A DNA stretch of 64,000 nucleotides from Eledone cirrhosa (GCA_964016885.1 OZ024743.1:191952001-192016000); one strand, 5' to 3'. Shown: positions 11,924-25,007, counted from the stretch's first letter. Numbers and translations are program-made. The notes: generated by a model not told the origin, from the sequence alone.

Positions 11924-13773
11924 TGTTATCAGGTTTAAATATTACTCAGATACGGAAGTGGAATTATAACATGGCTCCATGTTATCAGGTTTATATATTA
12001 CTAAGATACAGAAGTGGGATTATAACATGGCTCCATGTTATCAGGTTTATATATTACTAAGATACAGAAGTGGGATTATAATATGGCTCCATGTTATAAG
12101 GTTTATATATTACTAAGATACAGAAGTGGGATTATAACATGGCTCCATGTTATCAGGTTTATATATTACTAAGATACAGAAGTGGGATTATAATATGGCT
12201 CCATGTTATCAGGTTTATATATTACTCAGATACAGAAGTGGGATTATAATATGGCTCCATGTTATAAGGTTTATATATTACTAAGATACAGAAGTGGGAT
12301 TATAACATGGCTCCATGTTATCAGGTTTATATATTACTAAGATACAGAAGTGGGATTATAATATGGCTCCATGTTATCAGGTTTATATATTACTAAGATA
12401 CGGAAGTGGAATTATAATATGGCTCCATGTTATAAGGTTTATATATTACTAAGATACAGAAGTGGGATTATAATATGGCTCCATGTTATAAGGTTTATAT
12501 ATTACTCAGATACAGAAGTGGGATTATAACATGGCTCCATGTTATCAGGTTTATATATTACTAAGATACAGAAGTGGGATTATAATATGGCTCCATGTTA
12601 TAAGGTTTATATATTACTAAGATACAGAAGTGGGATTATAATATGGCTCCATGTTATCAGGTTTAAATATTACTCAGATACGGAAGTGGAATTATAACAT
12701 GGCTCCATGTTATCAGGTTTATATATTACTAAGATACAGAAGTGGGATTATAACATGGCTCCATGTTATCAGGTTTATATATTACTAAGATACAGAAGTG
12801 GGATTATAATATGGCTCCATGTTATAAGGTTTATATATTACTAAGATACAGAAGTGGGATTATAATATGGCTCCATGTTATAAGGTTTATATATTACTCA
12901 GATACAGAAGTGGGATTATAACATGGTTCCATGTTATCAGGTTTATATATTACTAAGATACAGAAGTGGGATTATAATATGGCTCCATGTTATAAGGTTT
13001 ATATATTACTCAGATACAGAAGTGGGATTATAACATGGCTCCATGTTATCAGGTTTATATATTACTAAGATACAGAAGTGGGATTATAATATGGCTCCAT
13101 GTTATAAGGTTTATATATTACTAAGATACAGAAGTGGGATTATAATATGGCTCCATGTTATAAGGTTTATATATTACTCAGATACAGAAGTGGGATTATA
13201 ATATGGCTCCATGTTATAAGGTTTATATATTACTCAGATACAGAAGTGGGATTATAATATGGCTCCATGTTATAAGGTTTATATATTACTCAGATACAGA
13301 AGTGGGATTATAATATGGCTCCATGTTATAAGGTTTATATATTACTAAGATACAGAAGTGGGATTATAATGTGGCTCCATGTTATAAGGTTTATATATTA
13401 CTCAGATACAGAAGTGGGATTATAATATGGCTCCATGTTATAAGGTTTATATATTACTAAGATACAGAAGTGGGATTATAATGTGGCTCCATGTTATAAG
13501 GTTTATATATTACTCAGATACAGAAGTGGGATTATAATATGGCTCCATGTTATAAGGTTTATATATTACTCAGATACAGAAGTGGGATTATAATATGGCT
13601 CCATGTTATAAGGTTTATATATTACTAAGATACAGAAGTGGGATTATAATATGGCTCCATGTTATAAGGTTTATATATTACTCAGATACAGAAGTGGGAT
13701 TATAATATGGCTCCATGTTATCAGATTTAAATATTACTCAGATACAGAGGTGGAATTATAATATGGCTCCATG
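11924..13773. repeat. 56-bp minisatellite, about 33 units, plus one detached unit at 11520-11578
   Basis: Unit ttat(c/a)aggtttatatattact(a/c)agatacagaagtgggattataa(t/c)atggctccatg. Period 56 from atggctcc at 11971 and 12027. Confidence 0.97.
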
Positions 13774-14567
13774 TCAAGAGAAAAGTTTGTCTTGAGAGAA
13801 ATCTTTAATTTTGTGCCATTATAAAATTAGAAAAAAAAAATTCATGGGAAGTGGCATGTGAAACCTACCAAACAAAGGGTCAGGTGGACTCTTCAGCTGC
13901 GCAAATACATAACAACCCTAGTGCTGATTCCTCATGCCAACATGAAAGGCTGGACATGTACCACTTTGTACCACAACAAAATGGCTGGTTAGGGCTAGGA
14001 AGAGCATCCAGTTGGGAAACCAAGACAAAACAAGAACAGAATGTATGATCTAGATGCGGTCTTCTGTTTGGCCTAGTCTCAGAGTGTGACAACCTATCTG
14101 GCTCAGGCAGAAATGGGGGAGGTAGATGTCTAATGACTATGTCAATGTACCCCCCTCCCCCTCAACACAACTGATACACCTTTCCTGTGCAACATATGCA
14201 TGCATGAATGGAAAGCTGGACAAGCTCTGAACCTGCTCTCTCACAGTGTTGGTGCCATGACAAAAACACACAGTGGACTCCGTTAGGTGGTTATCCTCGT
14301 ACCACATTAAAAAATACACAGTCCACTTTGTGAAGTGCTAGTGGTGGTCTCATGACAAAATCTCCCAGTACCACACTGTAATGTGGTTGGCATTAGGCAA
14401 GGCATCCAGTAAAACCAAGCCAAAAACAGATCTCTTTGAGCAAGACATGGTCACCTGACTCAGCTAACCTCGTAATATGACAACACATCTAACCCATGCA
14501 GGCATAGAAAATAGATATTAAAAGGTGTTGACAATGATGATATATATCATCACACATATATATATAT

Positions 14568-14572
14568 AGAGA

Positions 14573-14662
<90 letters not shown>
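14568..14662. repeat. (AG)n microsatellite
   Basis: Seen directly. Confidence 0.97.
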
Positions 14663-14666
<4 letters not shown>

Positions 14667-14805
14667 ATATTATGGTGAAATACTGGTGTTGGTACAAAAT
14701 CAAGCACTCTATGCACAGTCAATCCTCTGCGAAACAATCATAACAGGTTGATACACAATAAATATTTTTCATATGTAAATGAAACTTCCTCATTTTTCCT
14801 ATTAT

Positions 14806-15070
14806 ATCATCATCATCATTATTTTCTGTCCGCTTTTCCCTGCTTGCAAGGGTGGGATGGGTCCTATTCGGCACAGCATCTCTCCACTTGTCACAGTCCT
14901 TCATCTCCTCCATGAGCTTCAGCGATCTGAGGTCTGCTCTCACCACCTCCGCCCATGTTTTTCGGGGTCTTCCTCTACTGCATCTTCCGTCTACTGGTAT
15001 TTCTTGGCACTTCTTTACCCAGCGGTCATCCTCCATGTGCATCACATGTCCATCCCATGTCAGTCTTCTC
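14806..15070 (-). mobile_element. RTE LINE 3' fragment with (GAT)n tail
   Basis: ORF 14719..15045 (MEDDRWVKKC...GRCSRGRPRKTWAEVVRADL...WRDAV). Its tail is shared with SINE family A; another copy lies at about 45072-45243 (+). Confidence 0.85.
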
Positions 15071-15100
15071 TCTCTCTCTCTTTTTCCCTCTCTATATATA

Positions 15101-17277
15101 TGTAGCGAAATCTATCCGCACCTTGAACCTTGAGTGACACCTAAAGATCAAATTCTAGGTCAACACCCTTTTGGTGTGATCAAGTTCATGTGTCGGCTGT
15201 TCCCTCAGGTTGGGGGACAGGAAGTGACAGCTATATATAGAGCCTGTATCAAGCTATTTTAGCCAAATACATCGGAGCATTACGCTAGCAACTAACTATG
15301 TAAGGACTCACCACAATCAACAGACCCCATGAGGTCTACAGATACACACAGAGAGATTTGAGCCCTACTACTACAAACCATGTACAAACTACAGTGGTCT
15401 ACAACCAATTACAGACCATTCAGAGGTATACAAACCATTACTCTCTCTTACTCACTATGGTCTCAGAATTACTACCATGGACTCCAAATAACAACAACAA
15501 CATTATCTGTTTGCTTGCTGTTTCACATCAAAAACATTGTCAACCTTAACAACTCTTGGTAACTGTTTTTATGTACTTTTTAATTGATTCACGTGAAGTA
15601 AACCATATATAACCAAATCATTTATTCCTTATATTCTCGTTATTACACCTATTCCTATTATATTTTGTTATTATCATATCAACTAATAACCACATATAAC
15701 CATTCTAACTTCTCATTTGTTTACTCTTCGTTTAAATTGGTAAACCTCAACATGATTTTTAAAAAAAACAAAAAAAAAACGAAGTGGTATTAAAAAAATA
15801 AATTTAAATAACATGCAGCCTATTTGATCTGATCATGGCTTTATTTGCCAACCTCAGCAATATACAGTTACCAAACACTTCACTTGCTTCATATTCTCCA
15901 ACAACAGACAATTACCACTAGCTTCCTAGCAAGAAAACCATCACATAGGGAAGAGAAAATCGAACTTTTTTTTAAAGAACAATTATAAAAATATTTTTTT
16001 TTTTTTTACAGGTTATATATGAATGTCATTTTTATTTTTATTTTTCTTATTTTTTACTGTATTATATGCCTGTATGAATAACATGTTTTGCATCAAACAC
16101 ACATCATTTTCCTTGTCACACACCAACATGTTTTTGTCTGTGGTATATTCTGGATTCGGTTGGGTCTCTGCGGGATCACTTTTCGACTGGTCAAGGTACA
16201 CCGAAAGCTATGAAACACATGATAATCAACCCACAGTTACTTAATCGCTCGACTCACTGAACATGCAACTCAAAATTACACGCACTCAGTCATAGCGTAA
16301 ACCTCGACTCACTAAGAGAATCTTACGTATGATGATACATCGAGAGAAATAGTCCTCTGTGTTGTCATATCGTAATCCGATACCGTAACCCACCCATTCA
16401 TACACAACAGTTCGAAATACATGATCACAACTTTGTATTTTTACAGTTCCTTCTAAATGTTACACACTCACATGCGTACTCAGTTATACTATATTTTTTT
16501 TTCTCTCTCCGAATTTCTCTACACTCGAAGTGCGGGCGCAGTACCCACATTTTGTGTTTTTCGGGACACGCTTCTAGGAATCAGATTCCGCTACCCCTTT
16601 TATAATCGATTGCTGCTCCAGCATCGATCTGGGTAGGGAACTAATGTAGTGAAATCTATCTGCACCTTGAACCTTGAGTGACACCTAAAGATCAAATTCT
16701 AGGTCAACACCCTTTTGGTGTGATCAAGTTCATGCGTGGGCTGTCCCCTCAGGTTGAGGGACAGGAAGTGACAGCTATATATAGAGCCTGCATCAAGCTA
16801 TTTTAGCCAAATACATTGGAGCATTACGCTAGCAACTAACTATGTAAGGACTCACCACAATCAACAGACCCCATGAGGTCTACAGATACACACAGAGAGA
16901 TTTGAGCCCTACTACTACAAACCATGTACAAACTACAGTGGTCTACAACCAATTACAGACCATTCACAGGTATACAAACCATTACTCTCTCTTACTCACT
17001 ATGGTCTCAGAATTACTACCATGGACTCCAAATAACAACAACAACATTATCTGTTTGCTTGCTGTTTCACATCAAAAACATTGTCAACCTTAACAACTCT
17101 TGGTAACTGTTTTTATGTACTTTTTAATTGATTCACGTGAAGTAAACCATATATAACCAAATCATTTATTCCTTATATTCTCGTTATTACAGCTATTCCT
17201 ATTATACTTTGTTATTATCATATCAAGTAATAACCACATATAACCATTCTAACTTTCCATTTATACCGTTCGTTAAA
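15101..17277 (+). mobile_element. Non-autonomous LTR retrotransposon: LTRs 15101-15736 and 16645-17277, about 910 bp non-coding interior
   Basis: Direct repeats offset by 1544 bp with termini TGTAG(C/T)GAA...TTCGTT(T)AAA. TGG-starting PBS-like site at 15738, purine tract gggtagggaa at 16631-16640, TATA-like ctatatatag in the LTR, TATA on both flanks. Confidence 0.85.
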
Positions 17278-17398
17278 TATATATAGCTGAAGGTCACAAA
17301 GGAGAGCATGAAGGACCATGACACATGGAGGGAAGCTGTACTGTAAAACACCTGTCCAACCTGTGCAAGAGTGGAAAAGCAGACATAAAATGGCCCTG

Positions 17399-17499
<101 letters not shown>

Positions 17500-17506
17500 A
17501 ATAAAA

Positions 17507-17855
17507 TGGAGGCACATGGCTTAGTGGTTAGAGCATTGGCCTTGCAATCAAAAGGTTGTGAGTTCAATTCTCAGACCGGGTGATGTGTTGTTTCCTTGAG
17601 CAAGACACTTTATTTCACATTGCTCCAGTTTACTCAGCTGTAGAAATGAGATGATAGGGACTGGGGTCCCTATCATTCCACTGTAAAGTGGTCGTGGAGG
17701 TGCCATGGCAAAAAAGCACCCAGCACTCACTGTAAATGAGGTTGGTGTTAGGAAGGGCATCCAGCTGTAGAAATCAAGCCAGAATCAGTTCCCGTCCCAC
17801 CCTTGCAAGCAGGGAAAAAGCGGACGTAAAATAAAATGATGATGATGATGATGAT
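17507..17855 (+). mobile_element. tRNA-derived SINE family A, full length
   Basis: A box tggcttagtgg, B box gagttcaattc, central ccttgagcaagacacttta, RTE-like 3' end with (GAT)n tail. Near-identical copies occur elsewhere in the window. Confidence 0.9.
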
Positions 17856-18302
17856 ATATATACATAGTGTCTCTGCACAGTACAGTTTACCCAATTTTAC
17901 TCACATGGCCTAGTTGAACTTAAATTGATAGTAGATGACAGGGAGAGTGAACCTAGCACCATGTAATTGAGATGCAAACTTTTTAGCTATAAGATCATAT
18001 CGACTATTGCTCCACTTTAAATAAACAACAAAAAGAAAAACGTCTTTCAATGCAGAATTTTAGTGGGTTATTTTCCAAGACATTAACCAATCAGCAACTC
18101 AACTGATAAATTTGTTTTCGTTTGTTTTTTATCAGCTCTAGAGAAAATTATAATAACTCTCACACTAGAACATATCTAAGCTATTAAGCAGACAACCATA
18201 GTGATTCAGAAAAAAGATATTTGATCATAATAGCTGAGCTACAGGAAAGGAAACATAGGTAGTCTACAGAACTTCATCATTATTATCTGAGAAGAATGTT
18301 TA

Positions 18303-18429
18303 CGTCCCTTTATGATCTGAGTTCAAATCCCGCCGAGGTTGACTTTGCCTTTCATCCTTACGGGGTCGATAAAATAAAGTACCAGTAATGCACTGGGTAA
18401 TTGCTGGCCTTGTGCCTTAAGTAGAAACA
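18303..18429 (+). mobile_element. 5'-truncated SINE family B with 24-bp TSD
   Basis: attattatctgagaagaatgttta at 18279-18302 and 18430-18453. Confidence 0.85.
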
Positions 18430-19223
18430 ATTATTATCTGAGAAGAATGTTTAACTAGATCAAGTTGTCTGAAATCTTAATCTGCAGCACAAACTATATG
18501 GAGAATATTACAGAATACTTAGTAGTTACAATATATAGTTATCCTTTCTCATATTTCAAGGAAAGTTATACATCTAAAAAAAAAATACTACTTCATGTAT
18601 ACATTGTTAAAGAAATATTAGAAAGTACAAACAAATTCTTCAGAAAATGAAACCTTATCCACTTCAATTCACTGTGAAAACAATATGATTTATAGAAAGT
18701 TCTATATCAATGAGCTAACTAAATCCAGAATTTCACACTACATATCCTCAAGTCAATAAAAGATTAATATGCTACCAACTAGTTACTAGCATCAAAGGCT
18801 CAAAACACAAAAGCAGCCCTTCTTATTCAGCCAAAATGTTTATCAGTGTCAAGATTATTTTTTTATTATTATTTCTCCTTGGATTTTAAAAAATAATAAA
18901 CTTTTAAAGAACAGTTTTTTTTTCTTTTTTTTTAAAACAAAATTTATCTTCATTTATGCTTTTGCAAACTTTTCCAGCCTTACAAATTTATACAAGAAAT
19001 TTTTCTGATGCTACTATTGTTGTTGTTTTTTGTTTGTTTATTTTTTATTTTTGTTTTGTTTCGTTTTTTTTGTTTTTTTGTTTTTTTTCATGTTATTATT
19101 ATCCAGATAAGATATACATTTCTGAACAATGATACATCTTTCTGTTTGATGAGTTTTCAAGAGTGATTTACAAAGACAAAACAGATATGTTATAACTATG
19201 TGTAGAACCAAACTATTCCAATA

Positions 19224-19545
19224 CAGGTAAAATTCCATTATAACGAATACCATTATAACAAATTTTTCAGTATAACAAAATTCTTTTCAATCCCCGAGGT
19301 AATAACAAATGGTCGATTTGTTTCGGTCATTTAACCACTTTAACCAATCACTATGTAGTAAACCATCACCACAAAGACATTTTTTTTTTTAATGAGGCAT
19401 ACTGATTAGGATATTAAATGCATTCTTGGTATTATATTATACAAGTCTATCCCAGTGCAAACAAGTCTCTTCCAGTGTAAAGAATTTTTCGTTACAACAA
19501 ATTTTTTTTATACCTCATGAATTTCGTTATAACGGAATTTCACTG
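19224..19545. mobile_element. Tc1/mariner (pogo/Tigger-like) MITE
   Basis: TIRs caggtaaaattccattataacgaa / ttcgttataacggaatttcactg, TA on both sides. Confidence 0.8.
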
Positions 19546-21011
19546 TATAGCAATTAAGCAGGTAACCAGAAGAAAAGAATATCCTAAATATAAAGAAAAC
19601 AAAATTAGTCAGCTTTCAATGAAAAATGATTAAAAGTTGTCATTGCTGTTAAATCCTTGGATGAGCAGGCCAGTGATCAAAAAACATTCCAACCATGATA
19701 ATTCCATCAATTGTTTTATATTTAAAACTACATCATACAATATGCCATTCCTTTTTTCAAAATGGTACAATGTGGTTCAAGAATATTTGACTATTACTTC
19801 TAGTAGGTCAAGCAATTATGTAGAGGTTCTCACTTTGGCTTGTGATGAGAAATTCTTTACTAATGTAAGACAGAGATATAAACTGGAATATAAAATTATG
19901 GTAAATAACAGATAAAGAAAGGTTTAAAGGAGTGTTGTTTACAGCAAGACGAAATGTGCCCTACAATATATTGCCCATCACAATTCATTCTCTTCAAGAT
20001 TAATCCCATGACACATCAATTGCACTCCCACTGGGAGATTCCCCACCTCCTACTCAGCAAGCAACACATGGTCTAATCCATGCTCTCCTGTCATACTCTC
20101 ATCATTACCTCCTTCAGTTCATCCTGTAAGGTTGTAGTGTTAGTACCATGAAAAAAATCTCCCAGTCCATGCTGCAAAATATTTAGTGTTAGGAAGGGCA
20201 ACCAGCTATAGAAATCTAAGCTTAAAACTGGAGCTCATGAGCAAGGGCATGATTACCTGATCTATCATGTATCATACCATGATGACAACCCATCTAGCCC
20301 ATGCAAGCATGGAAAATAGACATTAAACATGTTGATGATTGTGATGGCGGTGGTGATGGTGCTGGTGTAGCTGGGTGGTGAAGAACTATGTGTGATAAAT
20401 TAAGTAGTCTAATCTGAACAATTACAATAGAAAACAAACAAAATAAGGAAAATCTTATAACATTAGCTATTCAATACATTTTTCACATTACTTTAAATTC
20501 CAATGCTATGTTGAGTATATATGTGTTATACTGTTAGCTAAATAAATTAGAACATCTGTAATGAACCAGTTGACATAAAGAAGAAACAGTAGAGGGGAAA
20601 AACAAGCATTAAATCTAACAATATGAGTTCGGTTCTGCACAAAGAAGTCAAACTACTGATTATCAGTATCTCAGGTGAACTAACCATAGAAGAAATATTT
20701 GAATTAAAACTAAATAGAGATTAATAATTCACACTTGTCAGCCTCAGAAAACATCTGCTCAAGTATCATATGCTTCGGTGTAGGGGTGTGGAATTGATTG
20801 TCACTGAAGCAGTATGGACACTAATAAATTTACTTAAAGAGGCATTCATGAACTTCCAACTTTATATCAAAGTATCTAATGTTATTTCAGCAGAATTTCA
20901 GTATTTAGAGTGGTATGTAGCTGCAAACATTGGACATTTAATAAATGAGTTTTGGATTACAGATTCCTTTAAAAAAAAATACAGAAGTTTGAAAGCCAGA
21001 TGTAAGTTCTA

Positions 21012-21519
21012 CTGTATATTCTTGAATATAAGCTGACCTGAATATAAGTCACCTCCCTATTTTATGTCTGAGAAAGAGGCAAAAATCTAAAGACTGTTTA
21101 TAAGCCAGGGCAGGTAATCAATGCATGTTTAGATAGTTTGGTATTGAAATTCTCAGAGTAGAATATGTATTTATGAAATTTTAATATTTTGATATTTAAA
21201 ATGCTTTAAATGTTATTTAGTGTATAATTTTTGCTTCACAACTCCATTATCTACTGATTTTTTGCTAATTTTTGTTCGTTTTGAGGCCATATTCATTCAA
21301 AACATATCAAAAACAATAGGAAATACAAATTTTACATTAAAAGTGAAACCAGTGTAATATTCACCCTCCAAAGCGAAAATATTTTAGCACTTCATTTATG
21401 TAGAATTTTTAAGTTGATGAAAATTGGTAAAGTACTGACCTCAAATATAAGCCGACCCTGCCATTTTACCATCGATATTTTTATCACATATTTCTTGGCT
21501 TATATATGGGTATATACAG
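21012..21519. mobile_element. Tc1/mariner (Tc2/pogo-like) MITE
   Basis: Imperfect TIRs ctgtatattcttgaatataagc / gcttatatatgggtatatacag, subterminal aatataag repeats, TA flanks. Confidence 0.75.
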
Positions 21520-21561
21520 TAATATGAAATAGTTGAAAGATAGCATACAGAATACTAAAGA

Positions 21562-21593
<32 letters not shown>

Positions 21594-21597
<4 letters not shown>

Positions 21598-21778
21598 GGA
21601 TTGGCAGTATCAGTAGGTCGGACGCCATGCTTTGCAGCATACAGTTACGCCCCTTTATGGTGTGAGTTCAAATCCCGCCGAGGTTCACTTTGCCTTTCAT
21701 CCTTACAGGGTCAATAAAATAAACTACCAGTAATGTACTCGGATAATTGCTGGCTTTGTGCCAAAAGTAGAAACAATT
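21594..21778 (+). mobile_element. SINE family B
   Basis: Same sequence family as 11299-11479; starts immediately after a (TA)n tract. Confidence 0.85.
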
Positions 21779-23216
21779 AATATATAGTCATATACTCTTT
21801 CAATGATTAAAAGTAATAGATATAACAAGTTTATAAAATATGAAAAGAGACTATAAAATCCCATTTATAACCTACTACTCATGATGCTGGATGGATTTTA
21901 AAACTTGTATCTCCAAACTCTTAATCAACACATAGATCTCGAAACACCCTTCATCTCTTTCTCTCCTCCAAACACAGTCTTTGCTAAACGTCTACCATAT
22001 TCTCAGACGTGAACTCTTATATCCTTCATACAATCAAAGCCCATCACCCAAATTCTCCAAATGGTTCAAATACAGCTAAATTGCAACCATACAGGCAAAG
22101 ATCATAGTCTAGAATAGCTGGAAAAACTGACCTGCTTTCAGCAACTGACCTCCTTTTAACCAACAACACAACTTCTGCAAGATAACTATCCCCAAAATAA
22201 GAGATACCAAGTTGTACAGCTTACATGCAACCTTCATAATTGTTGTAGCCAGTTTCTTTGGTCACTTGCCAAAAGAATCTTTACCTAAATTTGTGAAACA
22301 CAACTTAACTATAAATAACTCTCTTGTTTCTTTTATATTTGCTTCTATATGTATATCAGATACACTCAACAAGACTCTTTCAAAACCTCCATTCTCCACT
22401 CTCCAACTTCCATTCACCATCTTGCATATACACCATGTCTGGTTGCTTCAAAAGAAAAAGGGTAGCAGTTCTGACAATGTCTCTTCTATTACTGTCATAT
22501 ATTAGGCTTTTAGAGCAAGCCCTATCCTTGTCAAACATTTCAAAATGTATCTCTCTACAGAAATTTATATCAGTCTTTAGAATCCTACACTGTGGTGTGT
22601 CTATCTCAAAGAAGAGAAAGCTTTCAGGCCTTGCCAAATATTGATCTATCACTATCATTTCCAATATTTCAAAGTTAATGGCAAGAATCACTAACAATTA
22701 GTTCCTCCCACACATTGAGCCTCTCTTCTTCAGTGTTGACTATTATTGCAAAGTCATATCTACTGGAGACATATCCTTCCTACATTCTCCATGTGTGGTC
22801 CCCATTATTGATACTGTAGAACCATATCTACTGGGGATTTGGTCGCCTACATCCTCCACCAGTGGTCCCTTCTATTGATTCTGTGGAGTTATATCTATTG
22901 GGGACATGCTCTCCCCATCCTCCACCAATAAGCCCCAACCTTTCAGAAGTGAGGTGAAAGCAATGTTGTTGCATCAGTAATCAGCACGGAATTGAGCCAT
23001 TCCTGAAATCTCATATCTAAACTACATGTTTATGAGTTTTATCTGTCTCTCATCTTTTAGTTGCTTTTTGCTAGATCATACTATAGCAACAAACAATGAT
23101 AGGGTTCTCCCTGACCCACTCTAGTGAGACCCAAACTATAGGTATATCCTGTGCATTCTTCCTTCATTATATAACCAACTTATGTACTGCCACATCTAAT
23201 AAACCTAACTGCTATG

Positions 23217-23299
23217 AAGATGACATCAGTCTTCATTATTCCCTCACCTTCCAATCATAGATTGGAAGGTGAGGGAATAATGGAAAGTGATGTCATCTT
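23217..23299. repeat. 83-nt fold-back hairpin
   Basis: Perfect 23-bp inner stem (23234-23256 / 23260-23282), 3-nt loop, plus a perfect 12-bp outer stem. Confidence 0.95.
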
Positions 23300-24593
23300 T
23301 AGTGAGAATATAACAATTTTCTCAATTTCAACAACACAGAAGTACAAACAACCTTCAAATCACGCTCTCTACATTGCATTTGGTCCCTTGAACAATATAC
23401 AATTAAAACACTGAAATACCTTGCAAATACTAAGCCCCACAACTGATGATATTTCTGGCAAGTTCACATTCTAAATATAGCAAAATTTGCATTCCAAAGA
23501 CTGATCTTTTGCTTCAGGGCCAGGCAATATTTCAGTTTTGATTAACTACTAATGTTCTACAAAACTTAAATGATACCCACATGGAAAATTGCTCTCACAC
23601 AGTACTGCTGTTGCTACAATCACAAACATCCTTATGTTTCTTCTCTAGGTGTATATCACTTCTGCTTAAGCTATGCACTACCTTATCTACGTTCACCTTA
23701 TGCATCAGTTTTCCCCTCCTCTCAGAATCTATATTGTGTCTAGTTACAATTATATGTGGCCTACTGCTATAAGCAATGGACCCTCTATAATTAATTATTA
23801 TTTCATTTGTGTGTATAATATGGGTGTAGCTCAGAGAGACATTTTCTAAAGTCAATATGTCCAGTTATCTATTGACTCATGTGTCAAATGAAGATATAAA
23901 TCAAGCAATTGTTACACTTGTAAGAGATAAATAAATAGTCATTGATTCATAAACAAAATATGCAATTAATATGATCTGATAATTATATCTGTATGCATCA
24001 TATTTTTATCCTTCAAAATATATGAATTATCAAGCTGTTATTAAAAACATTTAAGTTAATAAAAATGATGAATATTGGGTTACAATATACAGAAAACCTT
24101 CTTTATGAAATCTAACAGAAAATATTTCTTAATATTTAAAGAAACACATTTTAGGAAATTCTATCAAAAGCAAGAGCTGTGACAAGGTGGAGGTAGAGAT
24201 TTAAATTCATGGTAGTATGTAAATGGAACTAAAATATATAAGCATAATGAAATACTTATTTTGGTATTTTTCATGCCTTTTATTTTGGTCATTATGAAGA
24301 GAAAGGTCCATTATGAACAGAACCTCTTGACAAAAACAAAACATCATATTACAGAAAGATTAACTGAAAAATATTTCAAATATGTTAGATGATAATTTTA
24401 TGAATTTAAAATAGAATTATGATATAAAGGAAAATAAAAAGGTACAACTTCGGAAAATATATTCAACATGGAAAAGAATGCAAAGGAATAATATTGATAT
24501 GGATATATTCATATGAATAATATTTTTAAATAATTTTCATATAGAAATCTGTTTAATGATGAACACATTCTATATGTATATGTTTATACATGA

Positions 24594-24660
<67 letters not shown>

Positions 24661-24742
24661 AAAGGTAAACAGAAATAACAACACAAATGGTACAGTATAT
24701 GGAAGGAATATATTAGTTTAATGCTTGAAATAGCAGGAAGTG

Positions 24743-24783
24743 TGTCTTAACGTTTCAGACGCAAGACCTTCATCAGGAGAAAG
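24743..24783 (-). ncRNA. Minimal hammerhead-like motif in a probable Penelope pseudo-LTR fragment (about 24660-24830)
   Basis: Minus strand tttctc-CTGATGA-aggtcttgcgtct-GAAA-cgtt-aagac with palindromic AACGTT stem III, then ATTAAA and (TA)n. Stem I is imperfect. Confidence 0.6.
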
Positions 24784-25007
24784 AATGAAAAATTAGAAAG
24801 ATTGAAGGGACGGGCAGGGTGGAATGCGTATATGCGTGGTTGGTGTTAGGAAGAGCATCCAGCAGCCAGAGGAACCAAATCAGAAACAGTTCTGTATGAG
24901 CAAGACAGGGTCACCTGATCTGACTTGTCTCACAATCGGATAACTCATCTAAATATCTAAATGGGCATTGAAAACAGTGATGATGTTGATATATATATAT
25001 ATATATA

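Noticed and set aside
11924-13773. CRISPR-like appearance of the regular array
   Set aside because: Units are head-to-tail with no unique spacers, there are no cas genes, and the context is a eukaryotic intron.
17507-17590. tRNA gene call from A and B boxes
   Set aside because: No full cloverleaf is evident; it is the head of a multi-copy SINE with a LINE-like tail.
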